64,000 bases of DNA. It comes from Terriglobia bacterium (GTDB lineage: Bacteria > Acidobacteriota > Terriglobia > Bryobacterales > Bryobacteraceae). The stretch's first letter is position 1; each line of letters starts with the position of its first letter. The stretch is taken from positions 1,199,955 through 1,263,954 of the forward strand of contig CAVXUE010000006.1 of NCBI GenBank assembly GCA_963764845.1, written 5' to 3'. The position numbers and the translations under genes are program-made. This document shows positions 33,181 through 42,986 of the stretch, one piece after another. Under the pieces are notes generated by a model. It made no database searches, was not told where the DNA came from, and saw only the letters and a program-made list of their open reading frames with translations.

Positions 33181-34211
33181 TTAATTGATGTCGCTATTTG
33201 ATGTCTCTGGCCCGGCTCGACATCCCGTCTTCCCAGTTGCTCCAGCCCGAAATTCATCCCGTAGGGGAGTGATCCATGATCGCCTCGATCTGGTGGAGCT
33301 TGCCCTTTCTCGACTTTGAATAGCTCCGCGATTTCCCAGGTCCAGGGCTGGTTCGGTCCAGCCGTCACGGTTCGGCCATCGGGAAGCCTGAAACGTCCGC
33401 GTGCTGCCTGCTTCGTGATCGAAAAAGGCGAAGGCGAACACCAGGCCGCGTTCCGGATCCACCGCAACATAGCGGCGATCGCGAATCCGGCTCACAAAAT
33501 GCAGCAGGCCCGATTCGAACTGCTCTTTGCAACTCCACGCCGCTGAGTAATTTGTCGCCGTCTTCGGATCGGGAACGGGCCTGCCGTCGGGCGGCTTCGC
33601 GTTCGTGGTATGCGAGCCCATCTCGATGCGGTCGCAGTCGTCGGTGAACGGGTAGACTCCCTTGCCATCGTTCTGCTGCATGCCGGAGAAATACATGTTG
33701 GCGGTCTTGATGAGATCCTCGCGCGACATGCGTTCCGCCGGGGGGATCTCTTCCTGGAACAAGTGATTCGGCGTGCCGAGCTTCTCGAAGTTCTGTGCCG
33801 CGCTGCTCGCTGCGGCAAATCAGCATTTCGACCTCGGGAATCTGACGGTTCACCACTTTCAGGCGGAGCCCGATCACGTCGGCCACCTGCTGCCCGGGCA
33901 TGCGGCCCTCTTCGCGGATCGTCCCGATAAATGTTACTTCGCCGGTCGAAACATCGGTTACGAATAACCGATAACTTCCCTTCGCGACCATCGACCGCCA
34001 GATCCCGTCGCCCGGATCGAGCCTCTGGCCATTCTCGGTGTACTTGACGTTTTGGGTCAGCGGAACCAGCTTCGGGTCGTGCTTCACAACAGCGTCGAGG
34101 TATTGGTCGACGAAGCCATTCAGGCAGGCGCGGTCGCAGGGAGCCCCCTGCTGCGCGGCGGCAAGAGCCCCTGAATAAATTCCGAGTCCGATATCGTGAG
34201 AGAGGTTTCAT
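33181..34211 (-). CDS. Secreted hypothetical protein (interrupted)
   Basis: MKPLS.. signal, APCDRACLNGFVDQYLDAVVKHDPKLVPLTQNVKYTENGQRL, MFQEEIPPAERMSREDLIKTANMYFSGMQQNDGKGVYPFTDDCDRIE and WTWEIAELFKVEKG over three frames. 3' end uncertain. Confidence 0.5.
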
Positions 34212-34305
34212 GTCAGTGGGATTTTATCAGAACGCGTCCTGTCGAAACCGTATTGACAGTCGCAGCCGGAAGGGGGTAAAAGAAATTTTAAGGGGAGAAA
34301 AACGA

Positions 34306-34728
34306 ATGATCAAAGTATCGCAATGGCTGTTGACGGCGGGCGCCATTTCCGCTTCGCCGCGGCGCTGCGGCCGTGGCTGCCCAGGCGATACCAAAGGGGA
34401 AATCAAAGGCGTCCTGATGGACCAGAAGTGTTCGGGAACGGCGGATCTGCGAATTTCCGGCGCGACGGGAACACTGGTCGGCGGGCGCATCGTCGCCGAA
34501 GCGCACACGAAGCAATGCGCGTTGATGCCCGAATGCGAGAAGAGCGGATACGGCGTTTACACGTCCGACAACAAATTTCTGAAGTTCGATGAGGCGGGCA
34601 ACCGGAAGGCGCTGGCGGCCCTCAAAGCTTCGACCAAACTGGACGACTTCGAGGTGGAAGTCACCGGCGAGGTCAAGGACGACACAATTAAAGTGGCGAC
34701 CTTGAAAATTCTGCCGTCACAGGACTGA
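34306..34728 (+). CDS. Small secreted Cys-containing protein (140 aa), paralogous type to 27119-27445
   Basis: aggggag RBS. GVLMDQKCS..HTKQCALMPECEKSGYGVYTSDNKFLKFD..VEVTGEVKDDTIKVATLKI. Confidence 0.55.
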   Translation: MIKVSQWLLTAGAISASPRRCGRGCPGDTKGEIKGVLMDQKCSGTADLRISGATGTLVGGRIVAEAHTKQCALMPECEKSGYGVYTSDNKFLKFDEAGNRKALAALKASTKLDDFEVEVTGEVKDDTIKVATLKILPSQD

Positions 34729-34764
34729 GAAAAGCGCTAATCTGATCGAAGGGAGATTCAATCA

Positions 34765-34824
34765 ATGGCCAAAGGCATGAACCAGAAGAAGGAAACGAAG
34801 AAGCCCAAGAAAGACAAGAAGTAG
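34765..34824 (+). CDS. Tiny Lys-rich ORF (19 aa: MAKGMNQKKETKKPKKDKK)
   Basis: aagggaga Shine-Dalgarno-like sequence 7 nt upstream of the ATG. A hairpin lies 45 nt downstream. Below the ORF-track length cutoff. Confidence 0.35.
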   Translation: MAKGMNQKKETKKPKKDKK

Positions 34825-34868
34825 AACCACCGGAATCAAGTACTTGCGCCCCCGGGCGCTGGTGTCCT

Positions 34869-34905
34869 GATGGGCTTCGTTAACTTTTTTTCGGCGAAGC
34901 CCATC
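34869..34905 (+). terminator. Hairpin gatgggcttcg / cgaagcccatc with a T-rich 15-nt loop
   Basis: An 11-bp perfect inverted repeat read directly. The loop is large, so terminator function is uncertain. Confidence 0.3.
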
Positions 34906-35028
34906 TCTTCGTTTGTGCTTCGATAATTCACCCAACCCTTCTCCAAAGTTCCGATCACGTCTTCGAATCCGCCAGTCATTTCCCGATCCTCCCTGCGCCA
35001 TCGCCGCGTTGACCTGGAGTGGGAACGG

Positions 35029-35319
35029 GTGAAGGCGCGGTACCTATGGACTCCGGACAAAGCAGCCCGAAACCTTCGGGTTCACGGTGTCAGCTTCGAT
35101 ACCGCCACGAATGTTTTCAGCGACCCGCACGTTTTCCATGTAGAGGACTGCGATTACGAAGGTGAGTCCAGGTATCATGCAATCGGATTCGCCAATGAGC
35201 GCCTGATGGCCGTGGTTGTCTATATTGACCGCGTCGACGATAACGAAGAAGTCATCCACACCATTTCCGCACGCAAAGCAGAGGCAGTCGAGGAGAAAAT
35301 CCATGCCGCGCAATTCTGA
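35029..35319 (+). CDS. brnT: BrnT-family toxin (DUF497)
   Basis: Intact. W.PDKAARNLRVHGVSFDTATNVFSDP, ESRYHAIG, VIHTISARKA. Confidence 0.8.
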   Translation: MKARYLWTPDKAARNLRVHGVSFDTATNVFSDPHVFHVEDCDYEGESRYHAIGFANERLMAVVVYIDRVDDNEEVIHTISARKAEAVEEKIHAAQF

Positions 35320-35620
35320 ACGCGCGTCAGTGAAAGAACGCAAGGGAATCAAGATTACCGGCGAGATCCGGGAGCTTTACAAGAATCGTGTCACCAGCCG
35401 CGATAACAATCCCGACTATCACAAGCCATTGCCGCCCGATCAGTGGGCCAACGCAATGAGACGGGACGAACTCTGGCGTCCGGTGAAGAAACAGACGACG
35501 ATACGTATCGATGCCGATATCCTGGAATGGCTCAAATCGAAAGGCAAGGGACACCTGACCCGAATCAACGAGATTCTGCGGGATTCGATGAAGGAGGAAA
35601 TGAAGCCGCATACGAAATGA
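35303..35620 (+). CDS. brnA: BrnA-family antitoxin
   Basis: Overlaps the brnT end by 17 nt. TTIRIDADILEWLKSKGKGHLTRINEILR is the typical BrnA C-terminal block. Confidence 0.75.
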   Translation: MPRNSERASVKERKGIKITGEIRELYKNRVTSRDNNPDYHKPLPPDQWANAMRRDELWRPVKKQTTIRIDADILEWLKSKGKGHLTRINEILRDSMKEEMKPHTK

Positions 35621-35677
35621 AGACGGCAGTGTGCAAACGTTGAGAAACAGCGGGAGCCGGGGCGGAAGAAGCCCCGG

Positions 35678-37936
35678 CTATTTTTTTGGCACGAATGTGA
35701 CCGTGCTCTTCACATCCACTTTCCCGAACTGCATCGGAAAACTCCTGCCGCTGTAGTAAGCGTTCCATTCATCCGCGTAATGCGAGGACGCGACGTGGCC
35801 CGATTCGCCGATCGGCAGATTCATCAGCGAAGCGTCCCAGTCTCCCGGCGAGGCGTTCATCCGCTCCGAAGGCCCGAGCCTGTTCGTGGTCTGCTTGACG
35901 GTGGTCGCGCCGCCGCTCATGGGCACTGGCCCGATATTGAAATACTTCCCTACCAGCGGCACGCGGCCGACGACCGGATTGTTCACGGTGAGGAACAGGA
36001 ATTTGCCCCACTTCCAGCGTGCCGGGTCGGCGCCCTGCATGCGCTGGCCCTCCTCCATGGCATCCGCGAAACATCGCAGCAACAGCTCGTTGTAGTCGCC
36101 GAACCATCCTGCCGGGTGCTCGCGCAGCACCCGTTCCACCACCGCGGTCGCCATCTGCGAATCGTAACGGTCGCCCGTTGCCGGGGGACGCGCGCTCGGC
36201 AATCGCTTTGCGGAGATATTGGTAAGTCAGGGTGGTGATCAACGGCTCGGCGCGTTCGCTTTCCATCTGCCCGTTCCACGTCGCCAGCATCGCCATCGCG
36301 GTGTCGAAAGCTTTGTTCGTGCCCTTCCGGTCCGCGTAAGCGGCGGCCAGTTGCCGCGCGAGAAACTTGTTGAATCCGCTGTAGACATCCTTCTGTATGC
36401 GCAGGTTGTCTTCGGGCTTGAGCTTGTTGCCGCCTGCCCGCAGCATATCGAGTATCTGGCGGGAACGGTACGGAGCGCCGAAGATACCGCTCACACGATA
36501 CGGGTAATTCGGCGGAAACGGATTCTGATTCGCCGTCACCACAAACCCGTCCGGCGGATTATACGACTGCGGCAATTCATCGAACGGAATATATCCTTCC
36601 CATTCGAAATTTCCCGGAAGACCCGTCAATGGGTACGTCACCCGCGTAGTTGCGCCGGATCGGCAGCTTCCCGCCGGCCTGATAACCGATGTTGCCGTCC
36701 ACGTCCGCGTAAACGAAGTTCTGGCCGGGTCCGCCATAGCGCGAAATCGCGTGCTTGAATTCCTCCCAGTTGCGCGCGCGGTCGATATCGAGAAAGACGT
36801 TCTGGAACACGCCCGGCTCTGCGGCCGTCCAGCGCAGCGTCGTCACCGCGCCGTTCCCGATCTCGAAGACCGGGCCATGGCGCGGTGACCCATGAGACGA
36901 TCTCTTCCGGCGGCCGGCCTTTGATTGCGATCAGTTCGCGTTCCTGGCGGGCGCGCTCGACTTTGCCCTGATACAGATACTGGCCGGTGCGAAGATCGAT
37001 TCTCTCGATGTACAGATCCTGAACGTCGAACCCGAGATTGGTTTCGCCCCATGCGATACGGTCGTTGTGCCCGGAGAGAATCCCCGGCATGCCCGGCAGA
37101 GATACGCCGGTGACGTTCAGGCCGGGCGCCTCCAGATGATCCATGTGCCAGATGCCGGGAAGGCTGAACTCGAGGTGCATATCGCTTGAGAGCAGCGGTT
37201 TTCCCGTGGCCGAATGCGCGCCGGAAACTGCCCAGGCATTCGACCCCGGCTGACCCTCGCCGCCCGGCATGAGCTCGCCTCCGATGCGATACGGGAAACA
37301 GAAAATTCACTTTCTCCGGTTCGCCGCCGCGCAGCATCTGCTGCCTGGTCAGCTTGGTTTTCCAGTTGCTCGCGAGCGTGCGGAACATGTGCAGGCCGCA
37401 GAGCACGCGAATCCACCACGCTCCAGGGGCGCGGATCGTAGCCGATCAGCGTGAACTCCACGCCGTAGCGGCCGTGGTGCGACTCGATATAGGCGTTCAC
37501 GCCCCGCGCATAGGCTTCGAGGGCGGATTTGTCCGGCTCCGCCATCCCGGCGTAGATCTGCTCCGCGACCCGGCGCATCCGCAACCTGCGCGATTCGCGG
37601 TCGGATTCGAGCACAGAGGGCCCGAATACCTCGGCCAGCTCGCCCGCCGCGAGCCGCCGCAGCCCATCCATCTGGAACATCCGGTCTTCGGCCGTGGTAT
37701 ATCCCTGCGCAAACCAGACATCGTCGAGCGAACGTGCTTTGATATGCGGGACGCCGAGGCGATCGCGATCCACTGTCGACCGGCTGGGTGACACGGGTTT
37801 CGATAGTACCCGAGGTCTTTGGCAGCGCGCGGTAGAAAACCCAATAAAAACCGATCCCCGCGGCCACCAGGGCGATCGCGATCAATACATTCACCACGAA
37901 CAGGATGCGGCGCACTGATGCGATTGTAAACTGCAC
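35678..37936 (-). CDS. Penicillin acylase / Ntn-hydrolase family S45 (possibly AHL acylase), interrupted
   Basis: N-terminal TM helix, VDRDRLGVPHIKA, AEDRMFQMD, autoprocessing site GSNAWAVSG, NDRIAWG. At least 6 frame changes. Confidence 0.82.
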
Positions 37937-37938
37937 TG

Positions 37939-38684
37939 CTATTTCATGAAGAAATAAACCGTCAGCCCCCAGGCGTAAACCAGAATCGCGTTGCGCGCGG
38001 TCTTCTCGCTCATCCGCGCATCAGGCGCGCCGAGAGATAACCGCCGATGACGCCGGCGACAAGCATCGGGAGGCCGTCCTTCCAGTCGATCGCTCCGTGC
38101 AGGGCGAACATCAGCACCGCGAGCAGATTGATCGCGGTTGCACAGAGAAGCCGGATGCCGCTGGCCGGCTGCATCCCGATATTCGAGACGGCCAGGAACA
38201 ACGCGATCATCAGCACACCCATGCCCGCGCCGAAATAACCTCCATACACGGCGATGATGAACTGGCCGATCAGGAGGATCGTGTTGGAATGGCGCCCGCC
38301 GCCGCCCGCGTTCGCGCCGGCCCTGTGCAACCATGGCGCGGCCGTGAAGGCAGTCGCCGAGATCAGCAACAGCCATGGCACCAAAGCGGAGAACGTCTCA
38401 TTCGCCGTGTGCAGCAGCAACAGGCTTCCGGCGACCGAGCCCGCGAGACTCACGCTCACCAGCCCGGACACGACAGCGGGCGGCGTCTTCCGCAGCGTGC
38501 GTCGATACACCCAGGCGGCGGCGATTCCACCCGGCAGCATCGCCAGCGACGAGGTCGCATTGGCTTTGACCGATGCCACGCCTGCCCAAAGCAGGGCCGG
38601 GAAAACGAAAAACTGCCCGCCCCCGGCAAGCGCATTGGCCGCCCCGCCGGCCAGGGCCGCGAGAAGCAGAAGCAGGGTCGTCAC
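37939..38684 (-). CDS. TauE/SafE family sulfite-exporter-like membrane protein (interrupted near the 3' end)
   Basis: Multiple TM helices. GGAANALAGGGQF, YGGYFGAGMG. GTG start overlaps the cupin stop (GTGA). Confidence 0.7.
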
Positions 38685-39137
38685 GGCCGCGGATGAAATG
38701 GGATCGAAGACCCGCTGCTTTGCCCAAGATCTGCCTCGGCAATATCGAGGTTCACCACCACCGGCTCCTGCCCGCTGCGCACCACCACGGCTTCCACCGG
38801 CTCATCCGCGCCGGGCGTTCATCTCCTGATGCGGCACGTATGGCGGCACGAAGATGAAATCGCCCGGCCCTGCCTCTTCGGAAAACTCCAGATGATCGCC
38901 CCAGCGGAATCGCGCGCGGCCTTTCACGATGTAGAGCACCGTTTCGAGCTCTCCGTGATGATGCGCGCCGGTGCGCGCCGCCGGCTCCACCACAACTGTG
39001 CCGGCCCAGAGTTTCTCGGCGCCGGCGCGCGCGTGAGTGATTGCGGCGGCCCGCGTCATGCCGGGCGTCTGCGGCGTGTTGCTGTCGAGTTCGCCCGCGC
39101 GCACGACGCGAATGCCGCTGGTTTTCCAGTCGGACAT
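38681..39137 (-). CDS. Cupin domain protein (interrupted)
   Basis: GAHHHGELETVLYIVKG, GDFIFVPPYVPHQE. After one frame correction near 38805 it continues DEPVEAVVVRSGQEPVVVNLDI. Confidence 0.7.
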
Positions 39138-39158
39138 ATGCTTATGTTAGTAAGCCTC

Positions 39159-40404
39159 ATGACTTCCGCCGCGCCGTTTCCCCAATCCCGCTTCAATCTC
39201 CGGTTCAGGACGTGCTGCTCGCACTGATGTTCGGCGCCCTGATTTATCTCGCGCACAACCCGTCGGAGATGTTGCTGCTGACCGGACTCGCGGTGCTGCA
39301 GTTGATCGAAGGCCATGTGTCATTGCTGGATACCACCTGGGGCCGCGCGACCTCAGTCATCCTCAAGCTCATCCTCGGCTTTCTGCTTCTGGGAATCACA
39401 GACGCGATCCAGAGCAATTACTTTCTGGTTCTGCTGCTCCCGATCGTTTCCGCCGCCAGCTTTCTCGGCCTGCCCAGCACGCTGCTGAGTACGTTCGCCG
39501 CCATCGGCGCTTATCTCTCCTTCCTTCTCTATGAAGGCTGGGGTGAGTGGCGCACCGATCCCGAAAACCTGCACTTCCTCGCCATTCGCTGCCTGCTTGC
39601 CGCCGTGGCCGCCGTGCTGGTGAATTCGCTGGGCGAGGCCATTCGGACACAATCCGCGCGATACAAAGCCGCCGCCGAGCAACTCGCCGAAGCCAATCGA
39701 AACCTGGTCGCCGCCGAAGCCGCGGTGCGTCGCTCCGATCGCCTCGCCGCTCTCGGACAGCTTTCCGCCGGCCTCGCGCACGAACTGCGCAACCCGCTCG
39801 GCAGCATCAAAGGATCGGCGGATCTGCTCGCCCGGTCCGCCTCCCGCGGCGACGCGAACGCCGCCGCGCTCGCCAAAGAACTGGCGGAGATCATCAGCGC
39901 GGAGGTCGACCGCACCAACTCGCTGGTGACGCGCTTTCTCGATTTCGCGCGCCCGCTCGAACCGAGACGGGAACTGACGGATGTCGCGCAGGTGATCGAC
40001 CGGGCCGCCAAGCGCGCGAAGGTCGAAGTAATCCGCGATTACTCCGATTCGCTCCCCGCGATCCCGATCGACCCCGAACTGATGGAACAGGTTTTCCTCA
40101 ACCTGATTGCGAATGCGGCCGAGGCTTCGCCTCCCGGACGCTCCCGTCACGGTGCGCACCCGGCGAGGACGGCGATCAGGCCGAAGTGAGCGTAATCGAT
40201 CGGGGCTGCGGCATTCCGCCCGACCAGCATCGAGACCATTTTCAATCCCTTCGTGACGACCAAACAGACCGGCGTCGGCCTGGGTCTCGCGATCGTTTCG
40301 AAGATCGTCGATGGGCATGGCGGTAAAATGGCGGTCGAAAGCGAACCCGGCAAAGGCAGCACGTTCCGCATTCGTTTGCCCATCGCCGCAGCTCAGAATC
40401 ATGA
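39159..40404 (+). CDS. Membrane sensor histidine kinase (interrupted)
   Basis: Several TM helices, H-box [16 protein letters not shown]-box FLNLIANA, G-boxes DRGCGIP and GVGLGLAIV. At least 4 frame changes. Probable ATGA overlap with the regulator gene. Confidence 0.82.
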
Positions 40405-41751
40405 AAAGACGAGTTCTGGTAGTCGAAGACGAAGACAAGCTGCGCCGCATCCTCGAACTGCAGCTGCTCGATTCCGGCTTCGAAGTCGAGAAGGCCTCGA
40501 AGGCCGAGGAAGCGCTGCCGCTGATCGATCGCGCGGATCTGATCCTGACCGATTTCAAGCTGCCCGGCATGACCGGTTTCGAAATGCTGCAGATCATCCG
40601 GCGCATGAATTCGCATGTGCCCGTGATCGTGATGACGGCTTTCGGAACGGTGGAGAACGCGGTGGAAGCGATGAAGGCCGGCGCGGCCGATTTCCTGCTG
40701 AAGCCGTTCTCGCTCGATCAACTGATCGCGGTGGTCAGCAAGGCGCTCGAAATCCGCAATCTGCGCGAAGAGAACCGGCAGCTCAAAGAGGAGCTCGGGC
40801 GCAAGTACCGGTGGGACAACATCGTCGGCCGCAGTCCCGGGATGCAGGAGATTTTCGCGACCGTGATGCGGGTCGCGCCTTCGCGGGCCACGGTGCTGCT
40901 GGCGGGCGAGAGCGGCGTCGGTAAGGATCTGATCGCGCGCGCCATCCATTTCCATTCGCCGCGCAAAGACCGGCCGTTCGTCAAGATCAACTGCACCGCC
41001 TTGCCCGAGAACCTGATGGAGAGCGAGCTGTTCGGCTACGAGAAAGGCGCGTTCACCGGCGCGAATATTTCGAAACCCGGCAAGTTCGAACAGGCCGACA
41101 CCGGCACCGTGATGCTGGATGAAATCGGCGACGTGCCGGCCAACATTCAGATCAAACTGCTGCGTGTTTTGCAGGAGCGCGAGTTCGAGCGCCTCGGCAG
41201 CAACAAGACGCTGCATATCGACGTGCGCGTGATCGCAGCCACGAATCGCGATCTGCGGGTGGCGCTCGAAGACGGCACCTTTCGCGAGGATCTGTATTAC
41301 CGGTTGAATGTGGTGCCGATCGAGATTCCGCCGCTGCGGGAGCGCAAGGAGGATATCCCGTATCTCGCCCGGCATTTCGTCGAGAAAGCTGGCGCCGGAC
41401 ACGGGCGGCCGCGTCCACGGCATCACCGATGCCGCCATCGACAAGCTGATGGGCTACTCCTGGCCGGGCAACGTGCGCGAACTGGAGAACGTGATCGAGC
41501 GCAGCATCGTGATGGCTTCGGGCGAGAAACTGGATGCCGACGATATCCGGCTGGATATGAATCTGCGCGCGCGCACCGTGCCCGGCGAACTGGGGCTGCC
41601 GGAAGGCATGAGCCTCGATGCTTACGAGCAGGAACTGATCAAGAACGCGCTGAAGCAGGCGGATGGAAACAAGAGCCAGGCGGCGCGCATTCTGGGATTG
41701 ACCCGCAACGCGCTGCGGTACCGCCTGACTCAGATGGGTATTGAAAGCTGA
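40401..41751 (+). CDS. Sigma-54-dependent response regulator (NtrC/AtoC family), interrupted
   Basis: REC domain ([17 protein letters not shown]), AAA+ [24 protein letters not shown]-terminal Fis-type [19 protein letters not shown]. One frame change near 41390. Confidence 0.88.
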
Positions 41752-41780
41752 GAGCGGCGATCCGCTCGGGCTATTGAGCG

Positions 41781-42227
41781 TCAGCCGTAGGTGAGGTCGG
41801 TGCTCTGTCCGACCTCGATGATATATCCGTCAGGATCGCGGATGTAGCAGCGCGTCTCGCCGTATTTGGGGATCGGCTCCGTGATGAAGTCCGCTCCCCG
41901 ACTTTTCCATAATTCATAGCACGCCTGGATATCCGCAACGCGGAAATTCATAAAGCTGTTGATGTGATTCGGATCGGGGACGCTGAGCGTTACCGTAGGT
42001 TTATCCGGGGTCGGCCCGCCTCCAACGTTCAGAATCATCCAGATATTCGCAAGCTGAAGGTACGCGGGCGCGTTGCCGTCACCCAGGCTCAGAATGCGGG
42101 CGCCGAAGACCTTTTCGTAGTAGCGAGCCGATCGCTCAATGTCGGTGACGGTGAGAAAATGCGCGATGCTCATCCCCTCTTTCGGGGGCATTTCATAGCT
42201 CTTCTGCTCGATTTGTACGCTGCCCAT
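41781..42227 (-). CDS. VOC/glyoxalase family protein
   Basis: Intact from MGSVQIEQ. IAHFLTVTDIERSARYYEKVFGA, CYIRDPDGYIIEV. Confidence 0.75.
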   Translation of the reverse strand: MGSVQIEQKSYEMPPKEGMSIAHFLTVTDIERSARYYEKVFGARILSLGDGNAPAYLQLANIWMILNVGGGPTPDKPTVTLSVPDPNHINSFMNFRVADIQACYELWKSRGADFITEPIPKYGETRCYIRDPDGYIIEVGQSTDLTYG

Positions 42228-42300
42228 TTTGACGACTCCAATTCCAATATCGTACATCCGGCACGCCAGCCCGGTATCATATGGTAGTAGGATATTTTGT

Positions 42301-42573
42301 ATGCCGCGCGGCAACCCGTCACCGAAACTTGCCATCACTATCGACCCCGACATTCACGAAAACATCCTTGCGGCGGCCGCCCGCGACAAGGTGAGCGTCT
42401 CAGCGTGGATGACCAGCGCGGCGCGCGAAGCACTGCAGCGACGCGCTGGTTTGGCGGCCGTCGCCCTGTGGGAAACACAGCACGGACGCCTCACCGCGGA
42501 AGAGATGAATGAAGCTCGCCGCAACGTACGAGCGCAGATCCGAACGTCGCGAACGGTCCGGCGTCCGGCATGA
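42301..42573 (+). CDS. RHH-type antitoxin (VapB-like)
   Basis: KLAITIDPDIHENILAAAARDKVSVSAWMTSAAREAL. Stop overlaps the PIN gene start (ATGA). Confidence 0.7.
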   Translation: MPRGNPSPKLAITIDPDIHENILAAAARDKVSVSAWMTSAAREALQRRAGLAAVALWETQHGRLTAEEMNEARRNVRAQIRTSRTVRRPA

Positions 42574-42950
42574 GCGCCGTAGTTTACGACGCCGCAGTTC
42601 TTGTGGCCGCAGACAGAAACGAGCGGCGGGCGTGGGCTGAACACAAGGCCCGTTTGGAATTTGGCGTTATTCCTTTGGTTCCCGCACCGGTGGTCGCCCA
42701 GGTCAGCCGCTCTCCACAACAAGCCCAGCTCCGGCGCTTCCTGACTGGTTGCGTGGTCGTTCCTCTCGGTGAGAGCGAGGCGCACGAAGCAGGGCGACTG
42801 CTTGGCTTGACCAGAACGGCGGATGTGGTCGATGCCGTTGTGGTGACGACGGCTCTTCGCCGAAAAGCCATGATTCTCACAGGCGACCAGGTCGACATGG
42901 AACGGCTCGTCAGGGCTTCCGGTCGCGAAGTCGCTGTGGTCACGGTCTGA
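42570..42950 (+). CDS. PIN-domain toxin (VapC-like)
   Basis: Intact 126 aa. VVYDAAVLVAADR and ADVVDAVVVTTA acidic positions. Confidence 0.7.
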   Translation: MSAVVYDAAVLVAADRNERRAWAEHKARLEFGVIPLVPAPVVAQVSRSPQQAQLRRFLTGCVVVPLGESEAHEAGRLLGLTRTADVVDAVVVTTALRRKAMILTGDQVDMERLVRASGREVAVVTV

Positions 42951-42986
42951 CATGCGCGTTTCCTCAGGCCGGCAGTAACATGTGAG

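Noticed and set aside
35686-35701. A TGGCACgaatgTGAC sequence resembling a sigma54 -24/-12 promoter
   Set aside because: The -12 element is tgac, not ttgc. The sequence lies in the last codons of the acylase gene on the opposite strand, with no downstream plus-strand gene.
39353-40606. A 417-aa minus-strand ORF over the histidine kinase gene
   Set aside because: It is antisense to the H-box, N-box and G-box motifs of the kinase, and its composition is that of a shadow ORF.
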